A stretch of 39,418 nt of DNA, taken from positions 1 to 39,418 of the forward strand of contig JBCCAC010000001.1 in assembly GCA_039815015.1 (NCBI GenBank). Reading direction: 5' to 3'. The position numbers and the translations under genes were made by a program. This DNA is from Pseudomonadota bacterium (GTDB taxonomy: Bacteria > Pseudomonadota > Alphaproteobacteria > Sphingomonadales > Sphingomonadaceae). Below, in pieces: positions 33,801 through 39,418 of this stretch (position 1 is its first letter; every line of letters begins with the position of its first letter). Under the pieces are notes generated by a model that worked only from the letters and a program-made list of their open reading frames with translations, ran no database searches and was not told where the DNA came from.

Positions 33801-34377
33801 TCGTCGCCTGAACGCCCTTCAGCGCCTTTCCCGCCACGCCAAAGCCGGCAAGGAACTGCGAGACGTCTCGAACTATGCCCCCGGCAACGCTGTCCGCCTC
33901 GTCTTGTCCAACAGCCTCCTGAACGGCTCCGGTGATGTCCTCGGGGTTTAGGCCGATGGTTTGGTCGTCCGGCACGAACGGAATGTCGAACGTCACGATG
34001 CCGTCGCCAAGGTTCGCAGACAGCCAATCGCCAGCTTCCGCTACAGCCTGCGCCGCCTCATCGAAACCGTCGACGATGCCGCCTAGCGCTTGTTCTGGCG
34101 CTTCGATCAGGCCCCGCCCTACGTCCAGCGCGACATCGCCGGCAATGTCCGCCGCTTCGCCGAAAATCTCGCCTGCGCGCTGCACGATGCCTTGATCTGC
34201 GCCCGCCTCTGCGGCCATAGCGCTCGCGCTCGCGAACAACATCTCATCTTCGCGACGCTGGCGCACGCCGACATAGCCCGCCATCAGGTCGACCTGCATA
34301 TCGCCCTCAAAGATGGGCGTATCTTGCAGCGATACGACGGGCGGAAGCTTCGCCGTGACGCGCGACGCATCAGCCAT
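30850..34377 (-). CDS. Large internal virion (ejection) protein, gp16-like position
   Basis: 1175 aa; LSGP.TH..N, DEFFK, PF.KTP.NI, GWQP.S...Y.RLDP motifs. Confidence 0.85.
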   Translation of the reverse strand: MADASRVTAKLPPVVSLQDTPIFEGDMQVDLMAGYVGVRQRREDEMLFASASAMAAEAGADQGIVQRAGEIFGEAADIAGDVALDVGRGLIEAPEQALGGIVDGFDEAAQAVAEAGDWLSANLGDGIVTFDIPFVPDDQTIGLNPEDITGAVQEAVGQDEADSVAGGIVRDVSQFLAGFGVAGKALKGVQATTGIGKAAKLGAQGMIADGGFFDPQEDGLADLVQKYPDLQNPIAEYLAGDDDDTQLEARLKKSFEGLGFGLLAEGGVRALSATKRVLIAKAAKGGTSMQAATDEMLRPGMADNAFADLDGTMELTDRAFDPSVGRPAHGNDVAQARGLLAAKREDGDFAINFARIDSADDVKDIMQTMADNFTPDIEKAARGVQTNAETVQMSRSVDAFQTLMQRRQGQPMNAEETFAARTLYTSSAQKLGEIAQAAAREPTAENLFKFRKMYAVHAEVQREVMAARRETARALQSWRIPAGGSREQMRHIEGVVNNFGGRDVNERMAKEIAGLFEGGDMGRIDDIVERGALMRTLDAVQETWMLGLLSGPKTHIVNIASNAGVVAQQLYERATAGAIRTGDGVADGEAMSQLIGMLGGFKDAARFAARSMRTQQTGYFLDEVSGGATGSKLDTPYTQKMSAEYLDPALSKIGLRQNTMLGRTAGGAIDAIGSVYSLPGRALAGTDEFFKTLNYRGELRARATRQVADEVRGGKLAEANRQKRFIELIEDPPEDLRIIALQQAEMATFTKELGVRGKAFQQSINRMGVMGRFVLPFIKTPVNIAEYTLERTPLAPLFEGWRRDIAKGGADADLALARMGLGTMFMAFVAEQAMEGHVSGAGPSDRRQMAAMRRNGWQPNSVRLGDRWYAYNRLDPYGMVMGLAANAAEFVTYADWDDDDLPTIDEISAAVVGAIGNTFSDKTFISGGVEFMTAMTGDQWETERFLERFAGSFVPSALNEAARFSDPYLRAADGYIESAKRRIPGMSEDMPPVRDLWGREVDFRSGLGWAYDMMSPIYSRREDPSPIDEEMLRLDKFVSKQSNSFSFDGARINLKRYPEVKDLINRMLGNEIKLEKYGGLGMFDAMNALVTGELGEFSRDYESETDGPDGGKAKMLDKIRRSYSGAAREALAMGSPLIGEMVATIDNGVRQDNAISQLEEFREAWAAEMARKDAL

Positions 34378-35755
34378 TGGCGATAATCTCCTGCGCTTGG
34401 CGAAGCTGTTGAAGTCGGCGCATTTGCTCTATCGCGCCTGCCCGGCTGATCTCTCGATTGGCGACGCGCTGCACAAGTAAGGCCGCCTCTTGCTCCGCAC
34501 TGCGCTCGCCCCGCCGAAACTGGCGAACAACATCCGACGCGCGGAGTTGCGCTTTCGCCGCCAGCGTCTCGCGCGCGAACGCCGCCAAATCGGCCCGCGG
34601 CGCATCCGGGTTTTCCGTCATAAACGCCCGTAATTCATCAAGCGCTTCGGCCTCGGATGACCGCAGCCATTCAGGTCGCGACAGGTCTGTGATAGGCGCT
34701 GCGACATCGTCCGCCGCCTCGATAAGCGCCGCGTCCGCGTCGTCGATTTCCCCACGCGCCAGCGCTTGCGTAACCGCGTCGCCCGACGCCCGCTCGCGAA
34801 GAAGGCGGGCCGCTATGGCAGGGTTGCGGCGACCCGCTGGGGCATTGGCGCTTGCGTTGGCCCGCGCAAAGGCGGGGCCGCTCAAGGCGTTTTGGTTTTC
34901 GCGCAGAAAGTCCGGTGTTAGGCGATTGGGCGAATACACTTCGGCTTCGACGCTCTGCTGGCGCTCCATGAACGCCGCGCCGTCCTCGGCGTCATGCGCT
35001 TCTAAAGTGTCTTCCGCCTCGAACCGCCGCCGACGCTGTTCCGCCCGTGCTAGGCGCGCCACGCTATCCGCGTACTTGCCAAGATGGTCCGCTTCGCCCG
35101 CCTCGTAGCTTTGCAGGTAGGCCGCCGGGTCTCGCCGGGCTGTCTTTTCCGCAATCGAACTCTCTGCAAATTGCTGTAGGTCGGCGCGCTGCTTTGCAGC
35201 GTCATCATCCCCGATAATCGCGCGCCGGGCCTCAATCGCGTCGACTGCGCCGGCAAAAAACAACTCCTGCTCGTCCGGGTCGTCGGCTTCGAGAAAGCCA
35301 CGCCGCGCCTCATCAAGCGCCGTCGTTAGCGAGCCCCCAGCTTGCTTAACGCGGGCTGTCGTCGCCATTTTCAAGGCGCGCTGTTCGGTTGAGCCAAGGT
35401 TGAACTTTACAAAGTTCCCCACTTCCGCGGCGACGGTCGGGTCTTCTTCCTGTAAGCGCTGTTCCCACGATTGTCCGAACTCTCGCGCGCGGTCGACATA
35501 GGTATTCGGGTCGCCGTCCATCGTTCGCAGGTGATCGACCTCCGACCGCTTATACTCAAGGCGCAAATCCGCAATGCGCGCCTGCTTCTCAATTTGCTCC
35601 GCCGCGGCGGCTTCGCGTTGCAAGCTACCCCCGATGATGTCGGTCGCTTGCGACAAGCCTTGCACCGCGGCCGTGGCGACGCCGCCGCCAGCGTCTTCCG
35701 CGACGAACTCTTGCCGGCGTGCGCGCGCCTGCGAAAAATACCGTGGCAAGCTCAT
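34370..35755 (-). CDS. Internal virion (ejection) protein, gp15-like position
   Basis: Helical, Ala-rich 461 aa; synteny. Confidence 0.75.
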   Translation of the reverse strand: MSLPRYFSQARARRQEFVAEDAGGGVATAAVQGLSQATDIIGGSLQREAAAAEQIEKQARIADLRLEYKRSEVDHLRTMDGDPNTYVDRAREFGQSWEQRLQEEDPTVAAEVGNFVKFNLGSTEQRALKMATTARVKQAGGSLTTALDEARRGFLEADDPDEQELFFAGAVDAIEARRAIIGDDDAAKQRADLQQFAESSIAEKTARRDPAAYLQSYEAGEADHLGKYADSVARLARAEQRRRRFEAEDTLEAHDAEDGAAFMERQQSVEAEVYSPNRLTPDFLRENQNALSGPAFARANASANAPAGRRNPAIAARLLRERASGDAVTQALARGEIDDADAALIEAADDVAAPITDLSRPEWLRSSEAEALDELRAFMTENPDAPRADLAAFARETLAAKAQLRASDVVRQFRRGERSAEQEAALLVQRVANREISRAGAIEQMRRLQQLRQAQEIIANG

Positions 35756-36216
35756 TTGCCGCTCCCAAAGATGCTGCTAAAGCCGCCGCCGCTTCCGCCA
35801 GCGGCTCCAAGCGCGCCGGTGACGCCGTTCATGACGCCGCTCGTGAGCGCGCTCTTGCCCTGCGCCCGGCGATTTTTCGCTTGCGTGCGAAGGTTGTTGC
35901 TTTCGATGGTCCCCTCACGGCCGCGCATCGCCTTATCCAACGCGGTCTCGCCGATCAGAAGGCTCTGCTGGTCAAGGTTTCCGCCGCTGTCGACTTTGCC
36001 GCCCCGGCCCGCGGCGCCCGCACGCAACGCGCCGACCCGCCGTTGGGCCTCACGGTCCATCTGCGCCTGATCGAACGCCGACCGCGCTTGCGCGTCTTCC
36101 GCCTGCGTATTCAGCGCCGCCGCGTCGGCCTTGGCTTGGCGGTTTTCCTGAATGCCGCCCATGACGCCCGACAAGAGCGACATGCCCCCCACCACGAGCG
36201 TAATCGGGTCGCACAT
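35752..36216 (-). CDS. Internal virion protein, gp14-like
   Basis: MCDP start, hydrophobic Gly-rich ends, Gln/Ala-rich core. Confidence 0.8.
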   Translation of the reverse strand: MCDPITLVVGGMSLLSGVMGGIQENRQAKADAAALNTQAEDAQARSAFDQAQMDREAQRRVGALRAGAAGRGGKVDSGGNLDQQSLLIGETALDKAMRGREGTIESNNLRTQAKNRRAQGKSALTSGVMNGVTGALGAAGGSGGGFSSIFGSGK

Positions 36217-38213
36217 TACCGTGATCCTGACTGTTCGATCGTGAGGCCCCGCACCGTCATTGGCAGGGCCGTCCGTTGGCGGATTTGGACCCGCCGGCTT
36301 AACGCGGTGCTGTTCTGCACCGGCCGGCGAATGGTCCCGCTGAACAGCGCGGGAACCACGTCCATATTGTCGTCGATCTCCCGCGCCGGGATGACTTCCA
36401 GTTTTTCGCCCTCGACGCCGAACTCCGCGCCGATGGTGTCTTGAAAGTCGACGCTAACCCGCGAAATCCGCCGGTTCGACGCCTTGCCGTCTTCACGGGC
36501 GCCATCGGTCGGTAGGTAGTAATTCAGCGACACGACTTCCGACGTGTAGAACAGGCCGCATTGAACCTCGAATGCGGGCGATTGCAGCGTAAAGCCGCCG
36601 CCCACCACCACCCGGTCCGGGTGCGTCGCGCCATCCACGACAACGCCGACCGTCTCGCCTTCCAGGTGATCCGCCCCGGCGACGTTCGTGAACTCCGCAT
36701 AAACCTCATCGGCCGCGAAGCCTTGAAGCAAGGGCGGGACGTCCGTCACCAGAAGAACCTGCGCGCAGCCCGCCGCCTGGACCGTCTGCACGCTCACAAT
36801 GCACCGCTGCAACGCTCCGCCGCGCGTGCGGGCGCGCAGCATGTAGCGCTCGCCCTTCGCCGCGAACAGGCTGGTCGACGCCGTGAGCGTCGCCGTCTCG
36901 CCCTGCACCCATGTCCCGCTTGCCTGCGTAAGCGTCAGCACGCCCGTAATGACATTCGCGAAACCAAGTTGGCTGTCGAGGTATGCGCCGCCGTCACGGT
37001 CCACCGTGGACGACGGGCGATAAGGATCTGCGAGGTGTTCGACGTAGCGCACCGTTTTGTTGTTGATCGTGCGCGCGACCGTCATCCAAACGTCGTCAAT
37101 ATCGCCGAACGGGCTTGGAATGATCGCGGTGCTTTCGACAACCGCGTTTTCGCCGTCTAGCCGGCCGCCGATGATATGCTGCGCCCAAGCGTTGACTTCC
37201 TGCGATTTCAAGATGGTCGCGCTCAACACCGACCCGTCTTGCGCCGGCATCCAGATGGTCGTTTCCGGGTCGTTCTGATAGCTCAACTCGACCATGCCGC
37301 GCTTCGCCAGATGCTCGGCGAACACTGCTTGGTCGGGCGTGGAATACCCGTCGACGCCAAAGTCGAACGTCGCGGCGCGCAACTGGCGCTGCGCCCGGTT
37401 AATGAAAAACACGTCCTGGTCGACGATGGCGGGGGGCCGCGTGTGGCACCCGACCTGCGACTGTCGCCGGGCTTCGATATTGCTCGACGAAAACCCGTTC
37501 GCTTGGTTCGGGGCCGCGACGGTCCAGACCCCGCCTTGCGTCCCGATCAACAGCGTATCGCGCGACGGGACAGACCACAGAATTGTGTTCACTCGGTCGC
37601 TATCAAGCGTGAAATCAAAGCTGTCGTCGTCAGCCGATCCGCCGGCGAAGTTGTCGAAATCGCCGACCCGGCTAAACCGCAGCTGTTGGCTCGCCGTATC
37701 CCGGCCGGCGAGGACAAGCCGCTGTTGATAGAACGTCACCGCCCGGTAGTTGCCGCTGGGGGCGGGCGTGGCGAATGTCCAGTTGGTGTTTGACGTCCGC
37801 GTGAGCGTCCGCAACGCGACTTCGGGGTGGACCAGATAGAGCGTATCCGCCGTCTGCGTCCATGCGATGTCTTCGATCTGCGCCGTCGTGTACGGGCTCA
37901 CAAACTCGTATTCGACATCGCTTAGGGTGACGACGCCCCGCGCCCGATACACCCGGACGTACAGGTCGCCGAACTCCAAAACATAAGCGTCTTCGCGGCC
38001 GAAGTTGAACGGGATCAACCGCACCCGCCCGTTGTTCTTGGTGCCGTTCACATACAGCGTCGGCGGACGGCGCACGACAGGCCCCTGCGCGTAGGGCAGC
38101 ATGTTCAACAGCCGCGACGCGCTGATGCCGTACTTGCCGACGTCGTCCCGTTGGTACAGGCGCGGGGACATCTCCCCGCCGGTAAACGACGTTTGGCTGT
38201 AGACCGCCATCAA
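36216..38213 (-). CDS. Tail tubular protein B (nozzle, gp12-like)
   Basis: QTSFTGGE.SP....R.D, RLIPF.F, YVLEFG..Y.R, F.QQRL, W..H. Confidence 0.9.
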   Translation of the reverse strand: MMAVYSQTSFTGGEMSPRLYQRDDVGKYGISASRLLNMLPYAQGPVVRRPPTLYVNGTKNNGRVRLIPFNFGREDAYVLEFGDLYVRVYRARGVVTLSDVEYEFVSPYTTAQIEDIAWTQTADTLYLVHPEVALRTLTRTSNTNWTFATPAPSGNYRAVTFYQQRLVLAGRDTASQQLRFSRVGDFDNFAGGSADDDSFDFTLDSDRVNTILWSVPSRDTLLIGTQGGVWTVAAPNQANGFSSSNIEARRQSQVGCHTRPPAIVDQDVFFINRAQRQLRAATFDFGVDGYSTPDQAVFAEHLAKRGMVELSYQNDPETTIWMPAQDGSVLSATILKSQEVNAWAQHIIGGRLDGENAVVESTAIIPSPFGDIDDVWMTVARTINNKTVRYVEHLADPYRPSSTVDRDGGAYLDSQLGFANVITGVLTLTQASGTWVQGETATLTASTSLFAAKGERYMLRARTRGGALQRCIVSVQTVQAAGCAQVLLVTDVPPLLQGFAADEVYAEFTNVAGADHLEGETVGVVVDGATHPDRVVVGGGFTLQSPAFEVQCGLFYTSEVVSLNYYLPTDGAREDGKASNRRISRVSVDFQDTIGAEFGVEGEKLEVIPAREIDDNMDVVPALFSGTIRRPVQNSTALSRRVQIRQRTALPMTVRGLTIEQSGSR

Positions 38214-38839
38214 CTGGACCCGAAGAACTGACGGCCGTAGATGTCGCCGTCCCGGTCATGCGCATCGAGCCATGTGGAGTTATCCAGACGCGGCGGCGTG
38301 CCTTCGCGCGCGTCCGCGGCCTTCGCTTCGGCCAACACCCGGCGGAAGGCTTGGTCGATCCGCTGGGCTTTGGTCGTGCTGTCCGTCAGGCTTTCGGCGG
38401 TGTCAGACGCAAGGTAAAGCTCAAGCGCGCGCTGGAATAGCGGCGGATACAAGGTCGTGTCTGCGACCCGCACAAGCGCGAGGATCGACAACGGCGTGTC
38501 CGCGTCCGACAGCAGCTTGCGGCCTTCGACCTGATAGGTGTCTTCCGGCGTGCGGGCGTAGATGCCATTGAAGCCGTCCGCGCGCAGGCTGACGACCCGC
38601 AGCACGTCGGTCGGCAGGGTGAATTGCCGCGAATAGCCAAAGGCCGGCGGCGTCGCGTCTTCCGGCAGTTGCAAGCGCCGGATGGCGAAATTCCATGTAT
38701 GGAGCGAGATGAGCTGATCGCGGGCGATGGGATAGCGGCGGCCCATTAGGCCGGGGATGCTGCCCGGATCGCTCAGCGCCAGGATGGGCGATTGCCCAAG
38801 CGCGTCGAGAGCGCCGTTGATGATGTCGATTTCTGACAT
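38210..38839 (-). CDS. Tail tubular protein A (adaptor, gp11-like)
   Basis: I.N.AL..LG, H.WNFA.RR..L, F.LP.D.LR, A..ADA.E. Confidence 0.9.
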   Translation of the reverse strand: MSEIDIINGALDALGQSPILALSDPGSIPGLMGRRYPIARDQLISLHTWNFAIRRLQLPEDATPPAFGYSRQFTLPTDVLRVVSLRADGFNGIYARTPEDTYQVEGRKLLSDADTPLSILALVRVADTTLYPPLFQRALELYLASDTAESLTDSTTKAQRIDQAFRRVLAEAKAADAREGTPPRLDNSTWLDAHDRDGDIYGRQFFGSS

Positions 38840-38863
38840 AACGCCCCCGCTGTTTCAGGAAGT

Positions 38864-38891
38864 GCGGGGCGACTTGATATAGCCGCCCCGC
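38864..38891 (-). terminator. Hairpin after the capsid/cement genes
   Basis: GCGGGGCG/CGCCCCGC stem; weak U-tract. Confidence 0.45.
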
Positions 38892-38897
38892 TATCGG

Positions 38898-39338
38898 TTA
38901 CGGACCGACGAAGTAGAGCGTCACAACAACCGTTCCGGTCGCTGGCAGACCAGCTGTCGCGACCGTCAGCAGGAGGTCATCGCCGCCTTCGACCGGCGTT
39001 GCGCCAACCGCAGCCGCCGCCCCGAAATTGGTCGGGACGTTGGTCGTGGTGAACGTGCCGGCCGCCCGGAACAGCGCCGGGGTCGCGCGGGTGCCGATAG
39101 AGACGGTCGACGTCCCCAGCGAAACGGTCGTCACGATTTGACCGAACAAGAACGAACGGTCGACGGGCAGCTGCCCCAGAACGTGCGTATCGCCCGACGC
39201 GTTGGTCTGCGCGGCGAGGTCGATCGTGGCCTTAACCACGTAAACCTTGCCGTTGCTTTCGCGAGCCGACGCCCGGACGGCGGACGTCGCTTGCGACTTG
39301 TCGAGGAAACGAGCCTCGCGTGCGAAGAATTCAGCCAT
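38898..39338 (-). CDS. Capsid cement/decoration protein (Bbp16-like position)
   Basis: 146-aa beta-rich protein directly after the capsid; GGGAGA RBS. Confidence 0.75.
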   Translation of the reverse strand: MAEFFAREARFLDKSQATSAVRASARESNGKVYVVKATIDLAAQTNASGDTHVLGQLPVDRSFLFGQIVTTVSLGTSTVSIGTRATPALFRAAGTFTTTNVPTNFGAAAAVGATPVEGGDDLLLTVATAGLPATGTVVVTLYFVGP

Positions 39339-39353
39339 TGTTCAATTCTCCCC

Positions 39354-39418
39354 TTACGCGCCCGGCGATGCAGACGCATCGCAGACCATGTAACCGACAT
39401 GAGTTTCGAGCATCCGCG
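39354..39418 (-). CDS. Major capsid protein, C-terminal end (...ARMLETHVGYMVCDASASPGA*)
   Basis: In frame with 1-895 when the ends are joined (895+65=960 nt, 319 aa). Confidence 0.8.
   Translation of the reverse strand, partial: RMLETHVGYMVCDASASPGA

Larger units (their letters stand above)
1..39418. mobile_element. Complete circular temperate podovirus genome (BPP-1/epsilon15-like architecture), alphaproteobacterial host
   Basis: Full set of head, tail, lysis, immunity, replication and integration genes. The capsid ORF reads in frame across the end/start junction and attP is uninterrupted. Host inferred from GTTC-N7-GTTC boxes, the tRNA-Phe att sequence and a DUF6456-like gene. Confidence 0.9.

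Overview
The window appears to be a complete ~39.4 kb, GC-rich temperate podovirus genome of an alphaproteobacterial host. It is circular and was opened inside the major capsid gene: position 1 joins 39418 in frame. The late (minus-strand) region has BPP-1/T7-like morphogenesis genes: terminase, portal, scaffold, capsid, cement, tail tubular A/B, ejection proteins, an esterase tail fibre, amidase and holin. Control is lambdoid: a cI/cro switch with operators, a BRO antirepressor, xis/int, and an attP matching the 3' half of tRNA-Phe. Replication genes are an iteron-bearing initiator and a split primase-helicase. No DNA or RNA polymerase was recognised. The most unusual elements are: (i) arrays of tiny ATGA-coupled genes on both early arms that share junction sequences and include duplicated genes, one array lying directly behind an orphan serine recombinase; (ii) a moron in which a heavily structured RNA encodes a 24-aa peptide ahead of an XRE-HTH gene with its own operator; (iii) alphaproteobacterial LexA boxes in the putative late promoter and ahead of an antisense gene next to xis-int; (iv) two orphan MbcA/ParS-like antitoxin domains; (v) a triple RNA motif in the capsid leader; (vi) a T-loop variant in attP next to an amber-interrupted membrane gene. 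All family calls are from motif recognition by eye; no database search was run.
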